This document shows positions 1 to 17,177 of a DNA stretch of 62,288 nt, piece by piece. The notes beneath the pieces are model-generated. The model was given only the letters and a program-made list of their open reading frames with translations, did not search any database and was not told where the DNA came from. Both the position numbers and the translations under genes were made by a program. The stretch's first letter is position 1, and each line of letters starts with the position of its first letter. The DNA is from Thelocarpon superellum (Eukaryota), in NCBI GenBank assembly GCA_026025795.1, contig JAPEUG010000062.1:1-62288 (forward strand), read 5' to 3'.

Positions 1-206
1 CTTCTTCTTCTTCTTCTTCTTCTTCTTCTTCTTCTTCTTCTTCTTCTTCTTCTTCTTCTTCTTCTTCTTCTTCTTCTTCTTCTTCTTCTTCTTCTTCTTC
101 TTCTTCTTCTTCTTCTTCTTCTTCTTCTTCCTCCTCTTCTTCTTCTTCTTCTTCTTCTTCTTCTTCTTCTTCTTCTTCTTCTTCTTCTTCTTCTTCTTCT
201 TCTTCT
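1..206. repeat. (CTT/GAA)n microsatellite, ~68 units, runs off the window start
   Basis: Nearly perfect CTT array with a short CCT interruption near 131-136. Confidence 0.98.
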
Positions 207-726
207 CCGCCTCGGCGCACGACGAGACTGGTCGATGGAGTAATCACATGCGTGATGGTCGGGGACCTCGATTGCGTGCGTGCCGGCGTGCCTGCGTGCG
301 GACGCAAAGCATGCAGGACCAGCGTGTTGCCCTGACGCGCCCGCTTGCGCGCGAGGCGCCAGTGTGAGCGGAGCGGAGTAGACCCGGGAAGATGGGGGTA
401 TTATGCCGAGTGCCTTTCCGCAGAGGAACGGGAGGGAAGGGAAGGGAACGAGTAGGGTGTTCCCTTGTGGGCAACTTCTATGGTCTTCCTGACCAGGGGG
501 GAGAGGGGGAACAGGAGGAGACCTGATCTTGAGTGAATCCCCGCGTGCTGTCTTGAAGGAATGATGTAATGATGTACATGATACAGCAATGCATAATGCC
601 GAGGCAAGGCAAGGCTAGGTAATGATACAGGGTCATTCCGTCCAACGTCCAGCCAGTGACCGACCGAACAGTGCGACCGAGACCCGGCCAGGGCCAAGAT
701 CCATAAAGTAGCAAGGTAGACTCCAC

Positions 727-3418
727 TCACGAACAAGCCAACCCGTCCAACATATTCTCCACCGTTTTGCGACCCACTCCCTTTAGAGCCGCGAGCTGCT
801 GCAGAGACGTGACTTGGTGTCTCGCGCGGCTATCTCGGTGTGGTGCTTTGATACCCGGGATCCAATTCTCGTCCCACGCCCCTCCTCCATCTTCTTGCTC
901 TTCCTCTTCGGCTCCGGCCCCCAGGGCCTCGACACCTTCCATGATGATCTGGGCCTTCTTGGCTCCTACCCCCTTCAATAGTTTGATGCGTGCCATGGAC
1001 CGCGTATTGATGATCTCCAGTAGCTGATGCTCGGTCGCCTGGCCGATTTGGGCGCTGCGCTGGACCTGCGGATGCGAGGGAGACATTTGTGGAGGCGCCG
1101 TGGGCGCTGTGGGCGCTGTGGGCGCTGTGGGCGGCGGTGTGCTGTCTAGATCGTGGTGGACGGATCTCCCTCGTTTCACTGCCTTTCGCGCCCGTGGTCG
1201 ATGGTGATCGTATGAGTCGTCGTATGCGTCGTCATCGTCGTCTTCCTCATGATATTCGTCGCGCTCATGCTGTGCTTGAAAGGACTCGTCATCGTCGTCG
1301 TTGACATGGCCATATCGACGTTTTCGTCCCTTGCCCTGGCCCTGACCCTCACCCCTGGATTTCGGAGGCGTGCCGTTGGATGGCTGCGGTATGTTGAGTA
1401 TCGGTCGGTGTACGGCTGGTAGCGGAGCGACTCCTCCTGCCCGTTTCTCCGCGATGCGTTTCTCCAACGCTGACATCTTGCTGGCCAGCTTGTGGTTGTC
1501 GGGAAAGTATGGTTGGGCTGGAGACTCCAAGTCAGTGTGGCCCGTGGATGGGGAACGTCCGACCAACCTAGTTGATACATCTTCAGCGCCGACACGACTT
1601 CGCCGCGGACGTGGTGTTGTTCTGTGCAAATCAGTCTTCGTCGCTATCGCCGATGTGACGGCGCTCACTTACTCGCCATGAGCAAAAATGTCAATCCTTC
1701 CGCTCTCGAATCATCCTTGGTTTCACTACTCCTCGTCAGCATCGTTCCCCAACACCAACACCCATCACCACTTACATCTTATGTTCGAGCGTCTCCAGTC
1801 GTCGCTGGACTTGTTCGCTGATATTTTCCACCGGTGCTTTGGTCGGCTCATTGAGTGCTCGTGCCGCCAGGATCGCTTCCACCTTTCGTTCCACCACCTC
1901 TTCGATCGTCGCCTTGGACACGTTGGCATCCCGTCGCATCTGGGAGGAGTTCACAGGATCCAGGTGCGATCGGAACGCCGAGAATTTGCACTCAGTCCTG
2001 CTCCGGTCCGAGTAGACGGAGAAACTCTTCGCCGGCTTAGCCTTCTTATCCGACGGGTCGGCCGACAGCGATGTTTTGGTGTTGACCAGTGGTCGAAGCG
2101 GCTGTCGTTGAATGTTGCCTCCGCCCAGCGACGCCAAGGGTCCCTTCGACATCGCACCGCGGAAGATGGGCTCATTTTCGATCTCCTTGACCTCGACCTT
2201 TTTCGTCCGATTGGCAAAGTTGAGGGAGCTAAGATTGTCAGTCGACCGGATTTGGGACGACTGGTGGTTCACGTAGCTCACCTCAGGGTATCCAGATGAT
2301 ATGACCTGACCGGAGCCAAGTTCAGGATCATCACCGTCACGCCCTGATTCTGACCCAAGGACAAAATGCGCGTCATCTTCGATTCCCGATATGGAATCCG
2401 GCTCTGTTTCTTGCTGATCGCTTCCACACATTGTGCCAGCACGAAGAGGCTCTTGTTGATGCTGGCCGACTCGACCAACCGCTCCTTGCCGTTTTCCGTC
2501 CGACGGTTGTCTTCTGAGCCGGCCAAGTCAATGGCCGACGCCGTACTGACCCTCGTCTCGCCATGCGTTGTCACGGCGACTTTGACGCAGAGAATGGCAT
2601 GCGATCGGGATGAGTTTGCGTTGAGCTAGCCGGGTCAGAGAAGACGCATGGCAATGACCGTGAGAGGACCCACCTTGGTCGAGGAGGTGGACCGGTTGGT
2701 GTTCGCCCGGTCATACAGCTGTTCGAATTCCTTCAAGCTGGTGCAAGGCCGCTCTTGTAGGCCCACGACCACCGTCTTGCCGTTCTGCTCGCGCAGCGGT
2801 AGTCCGGTCAGAGTACGCTTCTCGGGCGCCTCGAACAGGTCAAAAACGCGATCCTGCCCCTTCATCAGCAACGATCCGCCTCACGCTCGCGTCACGACGT
2901 CTCACGTTGTAGATCTCGTAGTAGCTCATGTTGACATGGACGGCAGTGGCGCCGGCCGAGTCCTTGGCCACCTTTCGACCCCGCCGATAGATGCCGCTCA
3001 ACAGCCGGGGGATGACGCCTCGATCGGCCAAGGATTTCCCGCCCCGCATCGTATGCGTCTTTCCCGTCCCCGTGACGCCGTATGCGAAGAGGGTCACATC
3101 GACTCCCTGGAACAGCTGCGTGAGCGTGGGTGCCACTGGACGCACGAATGATCAGTCCGAGGTCCCCAGTCCGCCGTCCACGCCGGTCAGAGTAGCCTGC
3201 TCACCCTCCTTCTGGAAGATTTGCTCCTGAGTGGCCGAGGCATCAAAGACGCTGTGGAACTGAAAGGTAAAGTCCTCGCCCTCGTTCTTGGGATTGGGCA
3301 GTTTCACGATGTGGTGGGTCGATGCGGCCTCGTCGGTCGACACGGCCCGCACGATGACATCTTGCTCGCGTTCGGCCTTCAGCAGCGGCCGCACTCGAGC
3401 GACCACGCGCACGCTCAT
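727..3418 (-). CDS. Kinesin motor protein, Kid/KIF22 (kinesin-10)-like, with C-terminal helix-hairpin-helix motifs; multi-exon
   Basis: Starts MSVRVVARVRP; P-loop AYGVTGTGKT, switch II DLAGSE, INKSL and IPYRESKMTRIL motifs across exons; tail has LKGVGAKKA and LKGVGRKTV HhH motifs; GT-AG introns, e.g. 3136-3204. Confidence 0.92.
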
Positions 3419-3591
3419 CTTGCCCCACCCCGCGGAAGTGATGAGAGAAGTGCTGTCTCTAGTGCTGTCTCGTCGCGGCCGTCCACCATTCCCCCGATCC
3501 TGACGGTGGTCCTCATTCCCGTAGTAGCTTGACGTTGTGGTGGTCTCGCGTGGGAGTGTTGGCGTTGGCACGGCAACCGCGGACGACGGGC

Positions 3592-3650
3592 GAGCCCCCG
3601 AGCCCCTAGCCCCGAGCCCCTAGCCCTGAGCCCCTAGCCCTGAGCCCCCG
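3592..3650. repeat. Degenerate 7-bp tandem repeat (GCCCCTA/GCCCCGA/GCCCTGA)
   Basis: About 8 units visible directly; G-rich on the minus strand. Confidence 0.9.
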
Positions 3651-3904
3651 TGCTCCCCGATGCCTTCATGGTCATCACCCGATTGTACATGCAGAATATC
3701 TCGACGTTCCAACCAAAGTTCTGGCTGTGCGGTAACGTTTACGGTCCTTCCAGCTCCTGGCTCGTCGAATCATGGCATCTCATCCAGGGTAGCACAATGA
3801 TCTGTGCACGACACGGGTTCCATCAAACACTCGTATTCCCGTGAAATCCATCCCCACCCATCTCAAACGCCAGCGATGACACAGCCCACCGACGGATGCC
3901 CGCT

Positions 3905-5549
3905 TCATTTACCCGCAACGGCCGCGCTAGAAGGGTCAGCATCAACATGTGGATGAATCAGCGGGTCCGGTGACACGCACCTCAACACCTGTGTTCGGAA
4001 GAAGCCACCCTTGGTCCGCTCGATGACTTGCTGGTAGACGGACGAGGGCGGGTGATTCATGACCACAGTGCCCTAGAAGGATCAGCCATGGCTCGCGAGT
4101 GGAGCACGGGATGCCCTACGTCCTTGTAGTCAATCTTGGCGTCGACGCGCGTGTCGCGAATGAGGTTGACGATCCATTTCTCGCCGTCATCTTGGCTCAG
4201 ACCCAGTCGGGCCGACAGATCCCTACCCCTTCGTCAGCGCTCATGGGCCGGGTCGGGTGGGCGGAAGACACGCACTTGATGTCGATCCGTTGATGGATCT
4301 TGCAGTAGGATTCCGAGATCAGGTGCCGTGCCGACTCGACAAACGCATCCGCCGCGGCGACGAGGAAGAAGTCGCTCCGGAGCACCTCCTCGGCCTCGCC
4401 GAGCTTCTTCTGTGCTTCTTCAAAGTCAAAGTCGATGTACAGCGCCTTGACAAAGTCCGTGACCGGGTCCGCGTACTCGTAATTCTCCTGCCGCACGACG
4501 CGCACCAGGTCCTTGAGCTGCTTCTGATACTGGCCCGTGTTGCGGCTGCGGCTGCGGTTGGTGATGACCGCCGCGGCGAGATAGCGGAGGATCCACGGGC
4601 AGTTCGTCTGGATCGTGTTGATGTAGGCCGGCGAGAAGAAGAGCTCGCAGATGCTCTCCCGCGCCGGGTCGAAGTTGAAGAAAGGGAACAGGCACCAGTG
4701 GATGAGCCAGGTCCGGTGATGCAGCTGCGCCAGCGGCGCGGCGAACAACTGTAGCGCCCGGTCAGCGGCGGCGCCCCTCGTCGGCCGACGCCATCTCCTG
4801 GTGAGGAGCCGGTAGAGCCCTTACCTTGGTGTCGATGGACTCCTTCACCTTCTGCACCTCCTCCATGGCCGCCTCCCAGTTGGTGCTGAGGATCTCGCAT
4901 GCCAACTTGCCCCACGTCGCCGACGCGACCTTGTCGTTGTCCGTCGACTACACCGCGTTAGCCGCCGTCGCGCCCGCATGATGCCCTCCCGCCCACGTAC
5001 CAGCACCCGGAACTGATAGAGCAGCTCGGCGGCATTGGCATAGCTCCCACAGCTGTACTGGAAGCGGCCAAAGTCGTAGAGGATGTTGACCATCTCAATC
5101 GTCACGCCGTGCTGCTCCTTGAGAAACTGCAGGTTGGCCATCTTGTCGCTCCGCAGCCGGTCGACGACCTCCTTGTCCTCGAGCAACTCCGTGATCTTGC
5201 TACTTTCCTCCAGGTACAGCTGCAGGCGCTGCAGCACCTCCTCACGCTTCTTGACAAACTCCTCGGGGATCTCGTCCTCGTTGTGCATCTCCTGCCAGAG
5301 GCTGGCGACGTAGTCCGTCATGTTGGTCTGCTTGAGGAGCTCATATTTGGTCTTGGTGATCTCCTCGGCCGCCTCCACTTCCTGGCCGGCGTGGAATTCC
5401 AACAGCGGGAAGACCAGGTGGCGGTCGAAGTGGGGGATCATCTTCGGCAGCAGCTCGTACTCCTTGAGCAGCTCATCCGACGTCTTGGGCGCCGGGGTGT
5501 TGGCGCCCTTGAGCAGCGTATCCGCCGAGGTGGGAGTATGGTCCGCCAT
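3905..5549 (-). CDS. INT6: Translation initiation factor eIF3 subunit e (Int6); multi-exon
   Basis: [50 protein letters not shown] and [10 protein letters not shown] motifs; spliced end AAVAGK*. Confidence 0.95.
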
Positions 5550-5909
5550 ATCAGCCACTGTCCGGACTGTCCTGAAAGATCCGGCGAGAGGACGATGGCG
5601 GGCGGGGGGTGGTGGGCGTGACGGGCAAGGCTCCTCTCACCTGGAAATGGATTGTGCGAGACGCCAAGAGTTTCCTCGCTAACGCCGGGCGAAGGAACGA
5701 CTCGTACAATTTACTCGTTCCTCCTCAACCTCCGCGCTTTTCGCGAGGGCCAACACTTGAAGTTTGGTGGTCAACCGGGTACCGACGACGGCCTCACCCC
5801 CAGCGCTCTACCTCCCACCACGTCACGAAAGATGAGACCCTACACCGGCACGGCAAAGGGACGCAGATGAACGAGGCATGCCCGTGGAATTGCATCTCTC
5901 TCCCTTCCG

Positions 5910-6427
5910 ATGACGACCTGGTGGTCCGTTGCGTGGCCTCGTACGAGGGCACTCCAGTCGTCGGCGTCCTGGTCCAGCCAGGCCAGGAGATGGAGTAGCG
6001 CCGCCATCCGCCGAGACGAGGGTAAGCGCCCGCCCGCGGTGAGAGAGCCCGGCTGACCAGGTGCTCGGTCGGTGTCGCAGCGCAAGCACCGGTCGCCTCG
6101 ACCCCCATCCAGATGACGTCCTGGCTGATCCGTCGGACCCACTCCAAGAACCTGCCCGTCTACCAAGTGACGAAACGGGGGGGGAATCTACGGCAGACGG
6201 AAGTCAAAAAGGTCGAGGGCGATGTCACGGTGCTGAAAGGTCAGCTGCAGAAGTATCTGAATCTGGAGCCCGCCGAGGTGGTGATCAACCCGAGGACCCA
6301 ACATATCGTCATCAAGGTAGGCCGTCCACCCGCCTGACCGGGGGCGGGCAGCCGGGCTGACGACGACCTTATGCAGGGACACCGGCAAGAGGATGTGTTG
6401 GGCTTCTTCAAGGAACACGGCTTTTGA
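5910..6427 (+). CDS. IMG2: Mitochondrial ribosomal protein mL49 (Img2); 3 exons
   Basis: Arg/Ser-rich presequence-like N-terminus, intron 6022-6080, then RRTHSKNLPVY...KKVEGD...INPRTQHIVIK/GH...GF*. Confidence 0.85.
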
Positions 6428-6640
6428 GGCGACGGCGGCAACGGCCGGGTCGCCATGGGACGCGTCGTTCACCGGATGGGGGTCATATCTACAGCGGCGC
6501 GTAGGAAGACGGTCCGAAGCTCAGATGGTACAACTGCTCAAGAACAAAAGGATTATCTTCACATGCGAGTGCCGAGAGAGTGCGCTCTCGTGTCGTCGTA
6601 GCCTGTGTACATCCGCCCTCCGCCCTCTCCGCTGCCGGGC

Positions 6641-10093
<3,453 letters not shown>

Positions 10094-11267
10094 ATCGATC
10101 GAGCGACGGAGAGGCCCATCTGTACCATTGGCACAATCTCGTCAGTACGAGGTCGTCAACGTCTCCCACGGGCACGACGACATCATGGAGCATGCAGGCG
10201 CGCGACGGGCAGGCGTGATCGGCTCGGGCAGGGCTGGGCTGGGCTGGGCTGGGGGTCCGCGACCTCGGGCGAGGGGGCGCGTTCAGCGCGGCCGCGGGAC
10301 CAATCAGCGTCGGAGCAACGCAGGGCCAGTCGCCAGCAGATGCTGATGAGGCCGAGAGCAGCAGCAGGCACGCCGGAGGCCCTGGGAGGGATGACGGGCC
10401 ACGGGACCGTGGGCCAGATTTAGACGCGTGTTGTACATGCAAGGCCGCGCCAGAGGGATGCGACCGAGGAAAAATCAAGGTTTGCACCAGTCTCCACGTC
10501 CTGGGACCGCCGGCCAGCGAGGGGAAGGGAAAGGGAATGGGCTCACCTAAGGCGCGATAATCGCTGGAGGTGATCTGCCGGCCAGGCGTGCCAGGCGTGG
10601 CACCGGAAGTAATCGGTCTGACTGGGGCTGGACTGGCTGGGGGGGGTGTGGGTAGGCGTCTATCTGAGCGCCGAAGGGTGCGGTATGGCGAGCGGAATGC
10701 AGCCAGACCACTGCGCCGTGACACTTCCACCACGACCTACCGACTCGGGCTTGCCTGATGGGTCCTGCTGCCTGCGGTCTCGGGGGGAATCGTGTCTCGC
10801 ATTTTTTCCCTCTCCTCTCGTTCCCGTGCTCGTATCATCGTACGAGTGGCCTGTACGAGTATTAGCGGGCTGGGCGAGACGACGGGCTGGCGCTGTGGTT
10901 GGTCCCACCCGAGTCCTTTTCTACTTAGGACCTTGCGTTGGCTGCGAGCGGCCACCGACGAAACTCTGTTACTGACGAGTCCTCATGTGTCGTTCATTAC
11001 ATAATACATTGCTGCGGGATGTCGTGTGCGCAACGAACGAGAAACTCACAGCACGGGGATCTCTAGGGCGAACCATACGAACCTCATGTTGCATCGTGTG
11101 GTGCAGCCCATAACGCATAATTCAATCGCCAACATCATTTAAAATTATTCCGCACTCGTTCCTGGCCAAATGCTGCTGCGTCCGTGGCTGGGCGAAGCAT
11201 CTCCAAGCCTCCAAGCATCTACCCTCTAGCGACTTCAAGCTGAGGTTTGTCTGCTATAGTGCCTGTT

Positions 11268-11993
11268 TTATTCATCTCTCAAGCCTTGAAAGGCCCATAG
11301 TAGGATTCCGATATATCGTGCGCGAGATGTTGTTACCTCATCCCGTGGCCGCATTTCCACGCTCAATGTGCTTGGAGAGTGGACATCTGCGTAATACATA
11401 AACGAAGCGGAGGCTTTCCAGTTGTGCTGATGATACCTGAATTCATTGCCATCACCTCCATCTGTCTTCTCCACGCTGAAATCGACCTTTCCTGTCCTCT
11501 TATCGCCATCATGATCCATCCGCTTGCTCTTATTGCCTTGCTCGTCCTTCCGCTTCAAGTCTTCTCACTTTCCATTCAACGATCGGAGAGCGAGAGCGCG
11601 GACATCCTTGAACGGTATCTCCTTCCCCGGGTGAACTGTTCCGATGACAACGCCTGCTCACATATAGTCCAGACAAGCCCCTGGACCGTACTACCCTGTC
11701 GGCACGTCGTGCTCGGGCACTCCACTCAACGCCTGCGCGAGTTCCAATACGTTTATCATATGCGACCATGGCGCGTGGGCGAATCTCTCTACTGCAGCTC
11801 CGGGCACCCGTTGTGTTGGTGGTCTCCCTTTCCACGCGTGATAAAACAATCTTTCCACAGCCATGATGCCAAAGAGTCTACTTTCAGATAAGTTCAATGA
11901 GTAGGAGGGACTTGTGAATTGGGGGATCTCACGATTTGCCCAACCTCTGTTAACGAAATCGACTTGGTCCCAGGGAGCCCTGCAGATGTCCAT
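11268..11993 (-). pseudogene. Possible decayed gene of unknown family
   Basis: ORFs 11691-11993 and 11268-11558 share one frame with three internal stops; a long antisense ORF lies in the same codon register. No family recognised. Confidence 0.35.
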
Positions 11994-12495
11994 TTGCCTT
12001 CTTGCTGTACCATTAAGCAGTCCAGTCAGATGATCCTAAAGATGCAGGCAAAGCCACACTGATATTTCCGCCAGTATTTTCGGCCGTGAGACCTCTCGGA
12101 AAGACTTTCATGGTTGAGGCAGCGACGGCTGGAGCGTCGATGTGAAATCTGACGAGTGAAGATAAGAAGGCAATTCTCGCACGCAGCGCAGTAGTGTATC
12201 TCCGAGCTTTCCAATCCGTGCAGGCATGACTGGCGCCAGGATTTGATACTCTGCAAAGCTGGACCATTTCGCTGAGCCTTGAGAGGAGTATACATGAGCT
12301 GCGCGTCGCGGCGAGAAGAGACTCAGTGTGACAACGAGGCCTACAGCTAGGCGGGAGCAGTAGACGTCGTCAATAGGAGCTGACTCTGTGGCTCCTTAGG
12401 GCTCATAGACATATTGCTAGCCTCCTTGTGTTACTCGAGTTGAACGCTGGGGCTCTGCTATCTCGCAGCGGGACTCGATTTATATGACGTGCCAG

Positions 12496-12834
12496 GTCAC
12501 GTGTATATCACATGACTATCACATGACCTCTCCTATCCTCACAGCGAGGCGTGGAGCTCCCGGCCTCACACTCAGACGTGCAAGCGCCGGAAACGTGCGG
12601 TAGAGTGTCCCTTAAGGGATCTGTGAGAGTGTCGCCCAGAGACTACAGGAGAAGCATGGACTGAAATCTCATGCAGATAACTGCATACATGACCCAGTAA
12701 GGCGGAGCGGGCGATGGTGAAACTGGAGGTGTTACCAAACCGGCCCTCCGAAGATGAGAGCGATTTAACGCCGTCCACTGCGATTTAGATCACATGACTA
12801 GAATGATTATGTCATCGTGGCTACAGCTCACATG
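12496..12834. promoter_or_regulatory. Cluster of TCACRTG E-box motifs upstream of RPT3
   Basis: GTCACGTG 12496, ATCACATGAC 12507, 12518 and 12789, TCACATG 12828. Confidence 0.5.
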
Positions 12835-12979
12835 TCCCGTTTCGCCGCAGACGGTACTGAGCATTCAACTTGCCGTCCATCACAAGGGAAGTTCAGTCCA
12901 TTTGAATCCATTCCCGTCTGACTTTCGTTGACCGGCTGCGTCTCCTCTTCTCTGGAAGGATCCGCGACGACTGGTCACC

Positions 12980-14513
12980 ATGGGCGACGTTGCGGTCGAG
13001 CACCCGCTCGCGCAGGCACCGACTCATCGGAAACAGCTCCCGTCGTCCATCCCCAACATCGATTCCTTGGAGGGCCTCGGCGCAGATGGTAGTGATGAAT
13101 ATTCGACACTAAAAAAGCTTCAGCGACACCTGGAGTAGGTGTTCTCGCGCCGTCAGCCAAGGAGGCGGCCCATGACTTACGTGGTCCTGCAGATACATCA
13201 ACCTGCAAGAGGAATACATCAAGGATGAACAACGGTATGAGCCCGTCCGACTACGATCATGACACACCTACTCATATGCTACGGCGTGCAGGAGCCTCAA
13301 GCGCGAGCTGGTGCGAGCGCAAGAGGAGATCAAACGAATCCAGAGCGTCCCTTTGGTCATCGGCCAGTTCATGGAAGCGATCGACCAGAAGTAAGCCGTG
13401 CCCGCCGACCTCCGTTCCGTCTTGGGTACTAAGATGTGTGCAGCACGGGGATCGTGCAGTCATCCACCGGATCCAACTATGTGGTCCGGATCCTCTCGAC
13501 TTTGGATCGCGAGAAGCTGAAGCCGTCGTCGTCGGTGGCTTTGCATCGCCATTCCAACTCCCTCGTCGACATCCTGCCCCCGGAAGCCGACTCGTCGATC
13601 GCGATGCTAGGGGCGCACGAGAAACCAGACGTGACATACGCGGACGTGGGTGGGCTGGATATGCAGAAGCAAGAGATTCGGGAGGCGGTGGAGCTGCCGT
13701 TGACGCACTTCGATCTCTACAAGCAGATTGGTAGGGCGCGCGGAAGATGACAAGGGGTCGAGGCTGATGACAGCGACAGGGATCGACCCTCCACGCGGGG
13801 TGCTTCTCTACGGCCCGCCAGGTACGGGCAAGACGATGTTGGTAAAGGCGGTGGCCAACAGCACGACGGCCAATTTTATCCGGGTGGTGGGGTCGGAGTT
13901 TGTCCAGAAATACCTGGGCGAGGGACCGCGGATGGTGCGAGACGTGTTTCGGATGGCGCGGGAAAATTCGCCGGCCATCATCTTCATCGACGAGATCGAC
14001 GCGATCGCGACGAAACGGTTCGACGCGCAAACGGGGGCGGATCGTGAGGTGCAGCGGATCCTGCTCGAGCTGCTCAATCAGATGGATGGGTTCGATCAGA
14101 CCAGCAACGTCAAGGTGATTATGGCAACCAATCGGGCCGACACGCTGGACCCGGCCCTGCTCCGACCGGGCCGGCTCGACCGGAAGATTGAATTTCCGTC
14201 GCTGCGTGACCGGCGCGAACGACGACTCATCTTCACCACCATCTCATCCAAGATGTCGCTGGCACCCGAGGTCGATCTGGACTCGCTCATCATTCGGAAC
14301 GACCCGCTGTCGGGGGCAGTCATCGCGGCCATCATGCAGGAGGCCGGGCTGCGGGCAGTGCGCAAGAATCGGTACAACATCATCCAGTCCGATCTGGAAG
14401 ATGCGTACTCAAGCCAAGTCAAGGGCGCGCAAGAAGCCGAGAAGTAAGTGCAATGCGCGGAATGATGACCTTAACCATGCTGACGGCCGCATAGATTTGA
14501 TTTCTACCGATAA
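12980..14513 (+). CDS. RPT3: 26S proteasome regulatory AAA ATPase Rpt3; multi-exon
   Basis: [28 protein letters not shown], Walker [27 protein letters not shown]; spliced C-terminus FDFYR*. Confidence 0.97.
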
Positions 14514-15396
14514 GACCACGCACCATTCGCGACGTCTTTAGTACGCCAACCCAGGAGCTCCGTAGCTCTTCGTTGACGTTGCCCGATCTCCGGAAAGCTG
14601 TAACATACACTAGAAGAGGAAAATGGGGTTGAAGTGATCGCCGGCATCTGAGCACAGCATCGTTTGAAAATGTGGCACAAAACTTCATTTTCCATCCCCC
14701 TTTGCCATAGTGTCCTCGTGCTCACATGCGTCCTTCGTAACATGAGAAGAAGCTCTCTCCGGGGTCAGATGCTCTCAAGGGGCTCAGTGCGGGAGTGCGA
14801 GGTGGGCAGCAGAAGTCTTTGCCAGCCGGTGGGTGTCGAGCCACGAAAAGTCTGGCCTAGACTTTTGCTGGCTGCCTCGGTGCGAGGTCCAGCGCCTTGG
14901 TTTATGGCGTGCTCCCCGCTGAGAACGACCAACATCACGTGGCAAGTGTCGTCAGTCAGGCTCCAGCTCGTCGTCACCTGCCCGCGCCCACCCAAGCGAG
15001 AAGATGAGCTTAGGTAAGGACCAAACGTTCGCTCGGCGATCATCGTCCGCCAGAGTTAGCGCTCGGTCGGTCGGCGGAGGAACCAAGCCCGGCTGCAGGT
15101 AAAGTGCTGCTGCCGCTCGCCACCACGCACCACGCACCACGCACCAGGACGCCGTCCCGTACCACAGTTAACACGCCCAACTGGGCGGGAGGTCCCCGGT
15201 GTCATCACTCGTGCCCACCTCCGTCTCTCGCTCTCTCATCTTCCTCCTCATCCACACGTTCACTCTTATCGCCCATCCCCCTCTTCTCGTCCACCCTTGA
15301 CCATCTCCGCTGTCGAGTGACTCGCTTTTGCTTCGACTCTCCTCCGACTTCCGGTCACTCTCGCTCAACACAGACGACGTCATCACTACCGCCACG

Positions 15397-16791
<1,395 letters not shown>

Positions 16792-17177
16792 ATTCGTCCA
16801 TTTCCGCTCCTGATTCGTTTCGGGTCTTTTGTCTCTTCTCTCGTGTCTTATGTCTCATGTCTCCTTGGCTTGTGACGTAGCTTGAGTCGACAATTCATCC
16901 ACCCACATGCACGCATACACTCCCGACCCCTTTCCTTGCTGTACGTTGTACCAAATTGGATTGCAACTTTGATAGTCAGTAGTATGCAGAGTAGTTGATC
17001 CGACGAGCCGTCACATCACCTGCACAACTGTATGGAGGACCAGAAATATGTAGAGATAGAGAAAGATGGGAGAAGAAGGGATGAGAGGTAGATTGTTTCC
17101 TAATACAAGTACAGGCAGGTAACTATGAACAGACGCACAGTCACACGGTCACTCAAGTCGTGAAGTTGCGCACTTGC

